Shown: positions 1-9,128 of the stretch, piece by piece | How positions within the stretch are numbered: position 1 is the stretch's first letter | Layout of the letters: each line of letters begins with the position of its first letter | From: Fimbriimonadales bacterium | GTDB lineage: Bacteria > Armatimonadota > Fimbriimonadia > Fimbriimonadales > ATM1 | DNA: 64,000 nucleotides | Assembly (NCBI GenBank): GCA_051003155.1 | Contig: JBPCLO010000027.1 | Span: 21,326-85,325, forward strand | Direction of reading: 5' to 3' | The notes under the pieces: generated by a model | Database searches by the model: none | Seen by the model: the letters and a program-made list of their open reading frames with translations, nothing else | Told to the model about the DNA's origin: nothing | Translations under genes and position numbers: made by a program

Positions 1-2
1 GA

Positions 3-269
3 TATTTCCCGACCTACCAACTCGGAAACTTGATTTCCGCGCAACTCTGGGAGAAGATGCAGGCAGCGATCCCCGACATTTATTCGCAGATCGAGCGCGG
101 GGAGTTTCAGCCGATTTTGGAGTGGCTCAGGAGCAACGTCCACCAGCACGGGCGAAAATACCTTCCCGGGGAACTGATCATGAGGATCACGGGCCGGCCG
201 ATTGAATCGGGTCCCTATATGAGCTACTTGCGCACGAAATACAAGGACACTTACGAACTCGGAGACTGA
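3..269 (+). CDS. Peptidase M32 (carboxypeptidase Taq-type), C-terminal fragment; 5' end lies upstream of the window
   Basis: The frame is open from the window edge: YFPTYQLGNLISAQLWEK...HGRKYLPGELIMRITGRPIESGPYMSYLRTKY. This matches the conserved M32 C-terminus by eye. The track start at 30 is an internal TTG. Confidence 0.8.
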   Translation, partial: YFPTYQLGNLISAQLWEKMQAAIPDIYSQIERGEFQPILEWLRSNVHQHGRKYLPGELIMRITGRPIESGPYMSYLRTKYKDTYELGD

Positions 270-949
270 TGACTTCTAAGGAGGCGATTAAGGAGATCGA
301 GCGATCGATCGAGATGCTACACCAGGCGGCGGATGGTCTCGCAGGCGGCCTTCCTGCGCTGAGAAAGGAGATCGACGGCGGCGCCGAGGCAAAGGCGACT
401 TTAGATAAGACGAGCCGCCTACTCTTGGAGGCGGAAAGTCAGCTGGCGAGCGCGTCCGCATCCCTTGGCGGTATTGAGGCGGCGGTGCTCGATTCTATGT
501 CTGCCGCACGGGAGGGATTGCACGATCCGACCCTCTCACTCGAAACCCGACTGGAGGTAGTGCGGCTTTGCCAGAAGCTGTTCTCTAAACTCGCTTCCGC
601 GGGTTTCGAGGTTGATATTCCCGAGATCGGCGCCCCTGTAAGCTTGGACAGGCACGCCGTTAAGGGCCGGGCGCGCAGCAAACTTGGCAAAGCGGAGGTC
701 GCCGATGTCATCTCGTGGGGCTACCGGTTCCCGAGCGGACAAAGCCAGCTTGCGGAAGTTCTTGTTGGAGATGCTTCCTTGCGAGAGGAGGCCGAAGAGC
801 CGGCAAAGCCCTCACCGCCAAGCAGGAAGTCAGGAATTGCCATGGTCATCGACGAAGACAGGGATCCGAGGGTCAAGAAGGCAGCGAAAGCCCCGGCGAC
901 TATGTTCGACCAACTCGCGGAAGCGGCCGAGCGGAACAAAGAGGATTGA
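269..949 (+). CDS. GrpE-like nucleotide-exchange-factor domain protein with a long charged C-terminal tail
   Basis: The N-terminal half is helical. The segment GFEVDIPEIGAPVSLDRHAVKG...VISWGYRFPSGQSQLAEVLV aligns by eye with the GrpE beta-domain (GVEVI..G..FDP..H.A....GY.l.gr.lRPA.V.V). The start overlaps the upstream stop (TGATG). Confidence 0.5.
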   Translation: MTSKEAIKEIERSIEMLHQAADGLAGGLPALRKEIDGGAEAKATLDKTSRLLLEAESQLASASASLGGIEAAVLDSMSAAREGLHDPTLSLETRLEVVRLCQKLFSKLASAGFEVDIPEIGAPVSLDRHAVKGRARSKLGKAEVADVISWGYRFPSGQSQLAEVLVGDASLREEAEEPAKPSPPSRKSGIAMVIDEDRDPRVKKAAKAPATMFDQLAEAAERNKED

Positions 950-1539
950 GGATCGTCCCCTGGGCCAAGGCGAGCCATCGATTTCTATCCAAAGACGAAC
1001 TGCTGGCCAACGTCGTGATCGAAGAGGGCCCGCCTACGATCGGGCTCCCAAGCCACCCGTTCTCCATCTTGATCGAATCGATTGCGGGCCAGCAGCTCTC
1101 CGGTAAGGCGGCGGACGCGATCTTCGCGCGCGTGCAAGCGGCGGCGGGCGAAATTTCACCAGAAAGGCTGTTGGCGAGCGAGGAGGCGCTCAGCGGATCG
1201 TGCGGGCTCTCGCGGGCTAAGACGGGTACGATCCTCGCTTTATCGAGAGCAGCTGTGGATGGATTCGACTTGAACCACCTAAACGGGGCGCCGGATGAAC
1301 AAGTTTACGAGAGGCTAACGGAGTTCAAGGGAGTCGGACCCTGGACCGCAGAGATGTTCATGATCTTCGGGCTCGGGCGCCAAGACGTGATGTCGCCTGG
1401 CGACCTGGGGCTTCGACGGGGCTTAAAGGCAGCTTACGGCCTGGAAGACGTGCCGACGATCAAGGAATCGGGACCACTATTCGAACGCTGGAGGCCCTAC
1501 CGCAGCGCAGCGTGTTGGTATCTGTGGAAGATAACATGA
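946..1539 (+). CDS. DNA-3-methyladenine glycosylase II family (HhH-GPD base-excision glycosylase, AlkA-like)
   Basis: HhH-GPD signatures are present: SILIESIAGQQLSGKAADAIFARV and GVGPWTAEMFMIFGLGRQDVMSPGDLGLRRG. The track start at 715 would overlap the upstream gene by 235 nt. TTG at 946 (TTGA overlap with the upstream stop) gives a family-typical length of about 197 aa, but the start remains uncertain. Confidence 0.8.
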   Translation: MRIVPWAKASHRFLSKDELLANVVIEEGPPTIGLPSHPFSILIESIAGQQLSGKAADAIFARVQAAAGEISPERLLASEEALSGSCGLSRAKTGTILALSRAAVDGFDLNHLNGAPDEQVYERLTEFKGVGPWTAEMFMIFGLGRQDVMSPGDLGLRRGLKAAYGLEDVPTIKESGPLFERWRPYRSAACWYLWKIT

Positions 1540-1711
1540 CAATCGATCCCAAAATACGTGAAGGATCAACGTCCTTAGCAGCCGACTACAAGTGGGGTGA
1601 AAGAGGGGGCTGGGAGCTTCCCTGCTCCGTCCTCCGTTACCACCTAAATCCTTGGTGACAGCCTCCTTATTATAGACGCCTAAATGCCGCAAAAGCAACA
1701 AATGCGGGCGT

Positions 1712-2083
1712 CTAGCGTGATACGAGTAGGCCTTCGGACCTAGGCAGCCTCGTATGAACCACGTTGAGCAGGTGGATCGGGCCTTGCTCTTTGGTCCAAA
1801 TCGATTCCTGTCGATTCAGAAAAACGCAATAGACGGGTTTCGAATCCGGATCGCGGTGCCATCCGTTTGTTCCGCGCCCGGTAATCAGTAACACGTAGCA
1901 CGAAGCGGGTATTTGCACCTCATCGGAAAATGCAAATGTATTATCATGGCTTCCTGCGCAAATCGCGTCTTCATTGGCGATCATGTGGCCTTTAAGTCCA
2001 ATCTTCAATCCTCCATGGTTTTGTAAGACGATATATTCGTTTTGAGTATCCGGGTTTCGATGGACTTCGACTATTCGCAGCAT
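1712..2083 (-). CDS. Small lamin-tail-domain (LTD)-like protein
   Basis: LRIVEVHRNPDTQNEYIVLQNHGGLKIGLKGHMI resembles the LTD N-terminal signature (I.EI..N....EYVEL.N.....dL.G). It is a clean ORF with no competing frame. Confidence 0.5.
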   Translation of the reverse strand: MLRIVEVHRNPDTQNEYIVLQNHGGLKIGLKGHMIANEDAICAGSHDNTFAFSDEVQIPASCYVLLITGRGTNGWHRDPDSKPVYCVFLNRQESIWTKEQGPIHLLNVVHTRLPRSEGLLVSR

Positions 2084-2185
2084 GATTTATCCGCTCTTAT
2101 TTATTTTGACGCAACAGATGCCGGAAAGCCGCTATTTATTTAATCAATTTTTAGGATTCCGGGCGTGGATATCGAGTGGATAATC

Positions 2186-2208
2186 GAAAATCCCGCGCCC
2201 GAAGCGCG
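2186..2208 (-). terminator. Candidate intrinsic terminator downstream of nrdJ
   Basis: On the minus strand, directly after the nrdJ stop (2213-2211), there is a CGCGC-UUCGG-GCGCG hairpin (2208-2194) followed by GGAUUUUCG. Confidence 0.45.
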
Positions 2209-2210
2209 AT

Positions 2211-5200
2211 TTAGCTGCAGCCGCTGGTCGACCCACAGCTATCGCATTTGAGGCAAGTACCGTTACGCACCATCGTGAACTGGCCGCACTCCGAGCAGGG
2301 ATCGCCTTCGTAGCCCTTGATTTTCGCGGCCCTGACCTTCTGTGCGAGTTCCCCACCCTGGCCAACATCGTAGGTGTCAGGCTCAGAGGGTCTTTTAATA
2401 AGATTAGCAAGAAAACCTACACTTTCGTTAGCCTGCGCAGCCTGGCCCGGAATGGTACCGTTGTGCTCTTCGGACACCACTTCCTCCTCTACGAATTCGG
2501 GCTCCTGTTGCGGCTTGCCGACCGTGTCCGAGCGCAAGTCTTCCTGCGAAACTTGAACAAAATCGCTCCTGCCCAGGTATGTGACCGCCAACTCTCTGAA
2601 GATGTAGTCGATTACCGAAGTCGACATCTTGATCTGCTCGTTGCCGGCAACCATGCCATTAGGTTCGAACCTCGTGAAAACGAACGCATCGACGAACTCT
2701 TCTAACGGCACCCCATATTGAAGCCCGAGCGAAATCGCGATCGCGAAGCAGTTCATCAGGCTTCGGAACGCTGCGCCTTCGCGGTGCATGTCCACAAAGA
2801 TCTCGCCGAGTGAGCCGTCCACGTATTCTCCAGTGCGCAGATACACCTTGTGGCCGCCCACCCGGGCCTTCTGCGTGTAGCCTCGCCGACGGCTGGGCAA
2901 CAAGTGCCTCTTCGCGATGTATCGGTAAACCAGCTTCTGCGCGGCCCGAGTCGTTTCGCTTGAGGCGGGGTCGATTTCCATAATCGCTGCGGCAGCTTCG
3001 TCGGCGGCCGTGTTCAGCGGCTGACTTAGCTTGCTTCCGTCGCGATAAAGCGCGTTGGCCTTCAGCGCCAGCTTCCCACTCAAGGTATAAGCATCGCTGA
3101 TCTCGGAGACGGTCGCCTCGTTGGGAAGATTGATCGTCTTGCTGATAGCGCCTGAAAGGAACGGCTGTGCGGCGGCCATCGCCCGGATGTGGCCTTCCGT
3201 CGAAATGAACCTCTTGCCCGATTTGCCACACCGGTTCGCGCAATCGAAGACCGGGTAGTGCTCGATCTTCAAGTGCGGCGCGCCCTCGACGGTCATCGTT
3301 CCGCAACAGTAGGTGTTTGCCTGCTCAACGGCCTCCCTACTAAAGCCCAAGGCATCCAGCATATTGAAGCCCCAATCGTCGAGCTGGGCATCCGTAAACC
3401 CGAGGTTCTCGACGCAGAACTCGCGTCCAAGAACGTAAGGATTGAAAGCGAACTGGAGTTCGAACGCCGATTCAAGAGCCTGCTCCAGCTTTTCGAGGGC
3501 CTCGTCCGTAAATCCCTGCTCGCAAAGCTCGGGGTGCGAAATCTGCGGCGCGCCAACGAGCGTTCCTTGGCCAACGCAATAATTGACAATGTCTTCGATT
3601 TGCTCCACGTTGTATCCGAGCTTCGAAAGCGCGAGCGGGATCGACTGGTTGATGATCTTGAAATAGCCGCCTCCCGCCAGCTTCTTGAACTTCACAAGTG
3701 CAAAGTCCGGTTCGATGCCGGTCGTGTCGCAGTCCATGACGAGCCCAATGGTCCCGGTCGGGGCGAGCACGGTGACCTGTGCGTTTCGGAAGCCGTGCGC
3801 TTCGCCGAGCCTCAAAGCCTCGTCCCAAGATTCGCGCGCGGCCTTCAGGAGGTCGGTCGGGCATTCGTCCGGATCGATTCCGACCGGCGTCACCGACAAC
3901 CCTTCGTAGTCGTTGGCGTTGTAGGCCGCCCTGCGATGGTTGCGAATCACGCGGAGCATGTGCTCTTTGTTGCGGGCATATCCGTTGAATGCCCCCAGCT
4001 CTCTGGCCATTTCGGAGGACACGGCATAGCACTCGCCTCCCAGAATCGAGGTCAATGCGCCGGTAATCGATTGGCCCTCGCTGCTCGCATACGGCATTGC
4101 CATGCGCATCAGCAGCGCACCGAGATTCGCATAGCCCAAGCCGAGAGTTCGGTACCTGTAGGAGAGTTCGGCGATCTCTCGGCTGGGGAACTGGGCCATC
4201 AGGACGCTAATTTCGAGGACGATCGTCCAAAGCCGAATCGCGTGGCGATAGCCCTCAATGTCGAACTTGCCGGACTCGTCGTCGTAAAACTTGACCAAGT
4301 TCAGGCTTGCCAAGTTGCAAGCGGTGTCGTCGAGGAACATGTACTCGCTGCACGGATTGCTCGCACGAATAGGGCCGTCGGCAGGGCATGTGTGCCACTC
4401 GTTGATCGTCGTGTTGTACTGAATCCCCGGGTCTGCGCTCGCCCAGGCCGAATAGCAGATATCCTCCCACAGATCGGCGGCGTTCACCTTCTTGGCGACC
4501 TTGCCGGTTGTGCGCCATTTCAGTTCGTAGTCTCCGCCACTTTCCGCCGCGCGCAGGAACGCGTCGTCAACACGTACCGAATTGTTTGAGTTTTGTCCGC
4601 TAACTGTCAAATAAGCGTCGCTGTCCCAGTTCAGGTCGTACGTTGGAAACTCGATGGATTGGTAGCCAGATTCGGCGAGCTGCAGAGCCCGCTGAATGTA
4701 GTTGAGGGGAATCATCGCCGACTTAGCGTCCGCGATGGCCGCCTTCAAGCGGCCGTTTTTCCGTGGATCAAATCGCTCCGGTTCCTCGGGACACTCGTGG
4801 CACGATTTCATGATCGCATTGAGGTGCAGGTTGTTGAGCTTCGAGCCAGTGACCAACGAGGCGACCTTCTGCTCTTCGATCACCTTCCACTTGACGAACG
4901 TCTCGATATCCGGATGATCGACGTCGAGGCAGACCATCTTTGCAGCTCTTCGGGTTGTTCCACCGGACTTCACCGCACCCGCGCTTCGGTCACCGACCCG
5001 CAGGAAGGACATGAGCCCCGACGACTTGCCGCCGCCGCTCAGGGGCTCACCATCTGCCCTCAGATCTGAAAAGTTCGATCCCACACCGCTGCCGTACTTG
5101 AAAATGCGGGCTTCCCGCGTCCACAGGTCCATGATCCCCCCGGGATTTACGAGGTCGTCTTTGATCGAGAGAATAAAGCACGCATGTGGCTGTGGCCTTT

Positions 5201-5690
5201 CGTATGCGTTCTCACTCTTTATGGCTTCGCCGGTCTTGGGGTCGACGTACCAGTGTCCCTGCGGAGGCCCCTCGATGTTGTAAGCAAAGTGCAATCCCGT
5301 ATTGAACCACTGTGGGCTGTTCGGGGCTGCGATCTGCCTGGCGAGCATGTAACGGAGCTCGTCGTAAAACGCCTGGGCATCGTCCTCGCTGTCGAAATAC
5401 CCGTGGCTTTGTCCCCAATGCCGCCAGCAGCCGGCCATCCGGTGGAATACTTCGCCTGAGTCGGTCTCGCCGCCGAGGGAAGCGTTTTCTTGAGGAACAC
5501 CTGCCTTTCGGAAATACTTTTGAGCGATGATGTCGGTCGCCACCTGCGACCATTCGCTCGGAACCCTCACGTCCTCCATCGAGAAGACGGTGGAGCCGTC
5601 CGGATTTCGAATCTCGGATTTTCTGCCGACGAACTCGATTCCTTCGTAAGCGTCCTGTCCAGCAACCGTGTAATACCTGTCAATCTTCAT
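2211..5690 (-). CDS. nrdJ: Class II (adenosylcobalamin-dependent) ribonucleotide reductase
   Basis: This is an 1159-aa ORF with typical class II RNR blocks: [58 protein letters not shown] and ISKTINLP. It also has a C-terminal Cys-rich tail, [22 protein letters not shown]. It lies immediately downstream of nrdR. Confidence 0.95.
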   Translation of the reverse strand: MKIDRYYTVAGQDAYEGIEFVGRKSEIRNPDGSTVFSMEDVRVPSEWSQVATDIIAQKYFRKAGVPQENASLGGETDSGEVFHRMAGCWRHWGQSHGYFDSEDDAQAFYDELRYMLARQIAAPNSPQWFNTGLHFAYNIEGPPQGHWYVDPKTGEAIKSENAYERPQPHACFILSIKDDLVNPGGIMDLWTREARIFKYGSGVGSNFSDLRADGEPLSGGGKSSGLMSFLRVGDRSAGAVKSGGTTRRAAKMVCLDVDHPDIETFVKWKVIEEQKVASLVTGSKLNNLHLNAIMKSCHECPEEPERFDPRKNGRLKAAIADAKSAMIPLNYIQRALQLAESGYQSIEFPTYDLNWDSDAYLTVSGQNSNNSVRVDDAFLRAAESGGDYELKWRTTGKVAKKVNAADLWEDICYSAWASADPGIQYNTTINEWHTCPADGPIRASNPCSEYMFLDDTACNLASLNLVKFYDDESGKFDIEGYRHAIRLWTIVLEISVLMAQFPSREIAELSYRYRTLGLGYANLGALLMRMAMPYASSEGQSITGALTSILGGECYAVSSEMARELGAFNGYARNKEHMLRVIRNHRRAAYNANDYEGLSVTPVGIDPDECPTDLLKAARESWDEALRLGEAHGFRNAQVTVLAPTGTIGLVMDCDTTGIEPDFALVKFKKLAGGGYFKIINQSIPLALSKLGYNVEQIEDIVNYCVGQGTLVGAPQISHPELCEQGFTDEALEKLEQALESAFELQFAFNPYVLGREFCVENLGFTDAQLDDWGFNMLDALGFSREAVEQANTYCCGTMTVEGAPHLKIEHYPVFDCANRCGKSGKRFISTEGHIRAMAAAQPFLSGAISKTINLPNEATVSEISDAYTLSGKLALKANALYRDGSKLSQPLNTAADEAAAAIMEIDPASSETTRAAQKLVYRYIAKRHLLPSRRRGYTQKARVGGHKVYLRTGEYVDGSLGEIFVDMHREGAAFRSLMNCFAIAISLGLQYGVPLEEFVDAFVFTRFEPNGMVAGNEQIKMSTSVIDYIFRELAVTYLGRSDFVQVSQEDLRSDTVGKPQQEPEFVEEEVVSEEHNGTIPGQAAQANESVGFLANLIKRPSEPDTYDVGQGGELAQKVRAAKIKGYEGDPCSECGQFTMVRNGTCLKCDSCGSTSGCS

Positions 5691-5707
5691 TGTTCATGCC
5701 TCCCCTC

Positions 5708-6184
5708 TTATCGCGCATCGACGGGCGCGCGCTTCCGCTTTTGGAAAGAAGCGATGAAATCCCGAAACTCGGCCGCGTCTTGGAAGTCGCGATATACGCT
5801 CGCGAAGCGCACATAGGCCACGTGATCGATTTCGTATAGCCTGTCCAACACCATCTCTCCGATCAGGTTCGAGGGGAGTTCGGATTCGGGCGTATCCGAC
5901 GTTCTCCTCTCTAGATCCTCGGCGGCGCTGCGCAGGATGGCTGTCGGCACCGGCCTCTTTCGACAGGCCACCTCCATGCTCGACAGGATCTTCTCTCGGC
6001 TGAACGGCTCTCGCCGTCCGTCCTTCTTTACGATTACCGGAAGCCTCTCCACGATCTCTTCGAACGTCGTATATCTCCGCGTGCACCGTAGGCATTCACG
6101 CCGGCGCCGTATCGCGCCGCCCTCCCTGGCAGACCTGCTTTCGATGACTTTATCTTCCTCGAAGCCGCAAAATGGGCACTTCAT
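5708..6184 (-). CDS. nrdR: Transcriptional repressor NrdR (zinc ribbon plus ATP-cone)
   Basis: MKCPFCGFEEDKVIESRSAREGGAIRRRRECLRCTRRYTTFEEI is the canonical NrdR N-terminus. The gene sits 17 nt upstream of nrdJ. Confidence 0.95.
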   Translation of the reverse strand: MKCPFCGFEEDKVIESRSAREGGAIRRRRECLRCTRRYTTFEEIVERLPVIVKKDGRREPFSREKILSSMEVACRKRPVPTAILRSAAEDLERRTSDTPESELPSNLIGEMVLDRLYEIDHVAYVRFASVYRDFQDAAEFRDFIASFQKRKRAPVDAR

Positions 6185-6209
6185 TGCTTCTTACCATTAT
6201 ACCTTGAAG

Positions 6210-6225
6210 CCACAAGATATGGTGT
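6210..6225. promoter_or_regulatory. NrdR box (proximal)
   Basis: CCACAAGATATGGTGT is a near-perfect palindrome matching the published NrdR-box consensus acaCwAtATaTwGtgt. It lies 26-41 nt upstream of the nrdR start codon. Confidence 0.6.
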
Positions 6226-6241
6226 ACAAAGATAGTGTGCA

Positions 6242-6257
6242 TCCCCATATATCTGGC
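6242..6257. promoter_or_regulatory. Possible second (distal, degenerate) NrdR box
   Basis: TCCCCATATATCTGGC keeps the central ATATAT core. Its centre is 32 bp from the proximal box, the usual tandem spacing. The flanks match poorly. Confidence 0.3.
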
Positions 6258-6340
6258 GTCAAGGGTTATGACGGTGGACAACGATGGAAGTTGTCGTGGA
6301 TTTCTTGGGGAAAATTCCGTCGGAGCAGACGCATTGGAAA

Positions 6341-6417
6341 TGGTCGGGGCGACAGGATTCGAACCTGCGACCTGCTGGTCCCAAACCAGCCGCGCTACCA
6401 AGCTGCGCCACGCCCCG
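6341..6417 (-). tRNA. tRNA-Pro (anticodon UGG)
   Basis: The reverse complement reads CGGGGCGTGGCGCAGCTTGGTAGCGCGGCTGGTTTGGGACCAGCAGGTCGCAGGTTCGAATCCTGTCGCCCCGACCA. It has a 7-bp acceptor stem, a TTCGAAT T-loop, anticodon loop TTTGGGA and an encoded CCA. Confidence 0.93.
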
Positions 6418-6524
6418 GGGAACATGAAGTGTACCTCCGACCAGAACGACCAAGACGGCTTCCGGATGTTGCCATGAGGCCTAGTGCGGCGCCCGCTTCC
6501 TTTAAGGTACATTTAACGCGTTAT

Positions 6525-6601
<77 letters not shown>

Positions 6602-6632
6602 CTCTGGCCGGCTTAGGTACAGTGCGCAAAGC

Positions 6633-7361
6633 ATGCGCGCCCTACTTCTCCTACCAGTTTGCGCATTGGTGGGATGCGGCACGCGCGATTCCGAGGGCGG
6701 CAAGCTCACGGTTTTTGCGGCAGCGTCCCTCAAGGAAGCTTTCAGTGAGATCGGCCTGGACCTCGACGGAGTGGAAGTAATGTTCAATTTCGCGGGGTCG
6801 AATCAGCTCGCCAGCCAGATTTCACGTGGCGCGCCTGCGGACGTCTTCGCGAGCGCGGATTTCAAGGCCATCGAATCTGCGCGGCTTGCCGATCCTGAAA
6901 AAGCAAACCCGTTCGCGCACAACTATCTGGTTATCGTCGTTCCCAAAAACGATGCCAAGATTGGTATGTATGAGAACCTGGCAAACCCGGGGATCAAATT
7001 GGCAATCGCGGCAAAGGGGGTGCCCGCGGGAAATTATGCTCGGGAGTTTCTCGACAAGGCTAGCGCGGGGTACCGCAACAGCGTTTTGAAGAATGTCGCC
7101 ACGGAAGAAGAAAATGTGCGGGCTGTCGTGACGAAGGTTTCCCTTGGTGAAGTGGACGCCGGAATTGTCTACAAAAGTGACGCTAAACCGACGGATAATG
7201 TGCGCATTGTGGTAATTCCACCGAATCTGAATGTTCGCGTGACCTATTTTATTATCGCCGGGTCGACAAGCGAGTTCTCGGCCAAATTCATCGATTTAGT
7301 GCTGTCGGCTCGAGGACAAGGAATACTCGAAAAACACGGACTCGTTCCCGTTTCAAAATAA
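6633..7361 (+). CDS. modA: Molybdate ABC transporter substrate-binding lipoprotein
   Basis: It has a lipobox (LVGC) followed by LTVFAAASLKEAF...FNFAGSNQLASQISRGAPADVFASAD, a typical ModA pattern. modB follows. Confidence 0.9.
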   Translation: MRALLLLPVCALVGCGTRDSEGGKLTVFAAASLKEAFSEIGLDLDGVEVMFNFAGSNQLASQISRGAPADVFASADFKAIESARLADPEKANPFAHNYLVIVVPKNDAKIGMYENLANPGIKLAIAAKGVPAGNYAREFLDKASAGYRNSVLKNVATEEENVRAVVTKVSLGEVDAGIVYKSDAKPTDNVRIVVIPPNLNVRVTYFIIAGSTSEFSAKFIDLVLSARGQGILEKHGLVPVSK

Positions 7362-7365
7362 ACGC

Positions 7366-8196
7366 ATGTTTGTTTTTCGGCCGCGAGCCCAGGCAGCACG
7401 GAGTCGAAAGCCCGAGGCCCTCTGGCTATTATCTTCCGTTCCGATCATCGCATTTCTCGCAATTCCCGTTTTCGCTTTGCTCGGGACCGCGCAGCCTGGC
7501 GAAGTGCTACAAAGCCTTCAAACCGCTGAGGCGCAGGGCGCAATGAAGCTCAGCCTCTATACGAGCGTTGTCACTACCCTTTTGGCGCTCATTCTCGGCA
7601 CACCGCTCGCCTATCTATTGGCCCGCCGAACCTTTCCCTTCCGAGGCGCGCTCGACACGCTAGTCGACTTGCCGATCCTGATTCCGCCGGCTGTCGCGGG
7701 CATCAGCCTGCTCGTGGCATTCGGGCGTCAGGGCCTGATCGGAAGCCACCTTCGGGCGTTCGGCATAGAGCTTCCTTTCACTGCCGTTGCCGTCGTCCTC
7801 GCCCAGCTTTTTGTTGCCGCTCCGTTCTACGTGCGGGCTGCGAGCATCGGCTTTGCGCGCGCTGACTCGGAGATGGAGGAAGCTGCACAACTCGACGGAG
7901 CAGGGAGTTGGCAAACCTTTCGCGAACTGCACCTGCCCCTGGCCCGGGCTGCGCTCGCGAGCGGATGCGTCACCACCTGGGCGAGGGCGCTCGGCGAGTT
8001 CGGAGCCACGATCATTTTCGCAGGCAACTTCCCTGGCCGAACTCAAACCATGCCGCTCGCCATTTATCTCGGCTTCGAACTCGACTTTCGCGTCGCGACC
8101 TCGCTGTCGATCGTCCTTCTGCTTAGCTCGTACCTCCTGCTTCTTGCCGTCCGAAGCCTCATCGCCAAGGCTGAGCCGGTAATCTTGCTGCCATGA
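7366..8196 (+). CDS. modB: Molybdate ABC transporter permease
   Basis: This is a multi-pass membrane protein with the EAA loop EEAAQLDGAGSWQTFRELHLPLARAAL, and LPILIPPAVAGISLLVAFG. It is adjacent to modA. Confidence 0.9.
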   Translation: MFVFRPRAQAARSRKPEALWLLSSVPIIAFLAIPVFALLGTAQPGEVLQSLQTAEAQGAMKLSLYTSVVTTLLALILGTPLAYLLARRTFPFRGALDTLVDLPILIPPAVAGISLLVAFGRQGLIGSHLRAFGIELPFTAVAVVLAQLFVAAPFYVRAASIGFARADSEMEEAAQLDGAGSWQTFRELHLPLARAALASGCVTTWARALGEFGATIIFAGNFPGRTQTMPLAIYLGFELDFRVATSLSIVLLLSSYLLLLAVRSLIAKAEPVILLP

Positions 8197-9116
8197 GCGA
8201 CGCCGGCATAATGAAACGGAAGACGACGGCCGCCGCGGTCTCCATCGCGTTCAACCTGGCGCTCTTGATAACGAAGGTCGTCATCGCCATGCTATCCGGC
8301 TCGGTCTCCGTATTGTCCGAGGCGTTGCATAGCGTCGGCGATTCGGTAGCTAGCGTCATCGCCTACATCGGCGTCCGCGTCGCGGATAAACCCGCCGACG
8401 ATGATCACCCTTTCGGCCACGGAAAAGCCGAATCGCTGGCCGGCCTTGCGGAAGCAACGCTGCTGCTCATGGCGGGACTTTATATCGGTATCGAGTCCTT
8501 TCTCCGCCTCGAAGAGCCGGAGCCCGTGAAGGTCGACATCGCACTGTACGTGATCGCGGGCACGGCCGTGGTCAATATCTTCGTCGGTCGATACCTCTCT
8601 CGCGTCGCCAAGGAAACCGACAGCCGTGCTCTCGAAGCCGACGCCGCGCATGTAATCGCCGACTTCGTGACCAGCCTGGGTGTTCTCTTTGCGCTGGCGC
8701 TCGTTCGCATAACGGGTAACCCAATCTACGACCCCGCGATTGCGCTGGTCTTAAGCGCATGGATCATCTACACCGCCTTGCGAATCGCTGCCAACACGCT
8801 AAAGCTGCTCATGGACAGGCAGCTGCCCGACGAAGAGATTCGAGCGATCGAAGCGATCCTCTTGGCGCACCCCGAAGTAAAGGATTGGCACCAGCTGCGG
8901 ACGCGAAAGTCGGGCTCGACCCGGCACATCGATGCGCACATCCTTTTGAGGGACGAGCTGAGCTTGATCGAGGCGCACGAGATTACGGAGGAGGTCGAAG
9001 ACCTGATCCGAGCGAAACTTCCGGGGGTCAGCATCAGCCTGCACACGGAGCCTTTTGGGCACGAAATGGCGCATAGGCGAGAGGCGCATTCCGACCAAAA
9101 CAGGCAGACAAAGTGA
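8193..9116 (+). CDS. Cation diffusion facilitator (CDF) family metal efflux transporter
   Basis: SVLSEALHSVGDSVASVIAYIGVRVADKPADDDHPFGHGKAESLAGL and a C-terminal cytoplasmic domain (IDAHILL...) are present. The start overlaps the modB stop (ATGA). Confidence 0.9.
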   Translation: MSDAGIMKRKTTAAAVSIAFNLALLITKVVIAMLSGSVSVLSEALHSVGDSVASVIAYIGVRVADKPADDDHPFGHGKAESLAGLAEATLLLMAGLYIGIESFLRLEEPEPVKVDIALYVIAGTAVVNIFVGRYLSRVAKETDSRALEADAAHVIADFVTSLGVLFALALVRITGNPIYDPAIALVLSAWIIYTALRIAANTLKLLMDRQLPDEEIRAIEAILLAHPEVKDWHQLRTRKSGSTRHIDAHILLRDELSLIEAHEITEEVEDLIRAKLPGVSISLHTEPFGHEMAHRREAHSDQNRQTK

Positions 9117-9128
9117 TACACTATTGAC

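Noticed and set aside
715-945. Long N-terminal extensions offered by the ORF track (715 for the glycosylase; also 30230, 37804, 38712, 39065, 39568, 18658 and 59387)
   Set aside because: Each extension runs through the preceding gene in another frame and translates to Arg/Pro/Gly-rich sequence. Internal starts at ATGA/TTGA junctions or after Shine-Dalgarno motifs give family-typical lengths.
3189-4589. 466-aa ORF on the plus strand inside nrdJ
   Set aside because: It is antisense to a gene with unmistakable class II RNR motifs. Its translation is Arg/Ala/Gly/Leu-rich low-information sequence, typical of the shadow frame in GC-rich DNA.
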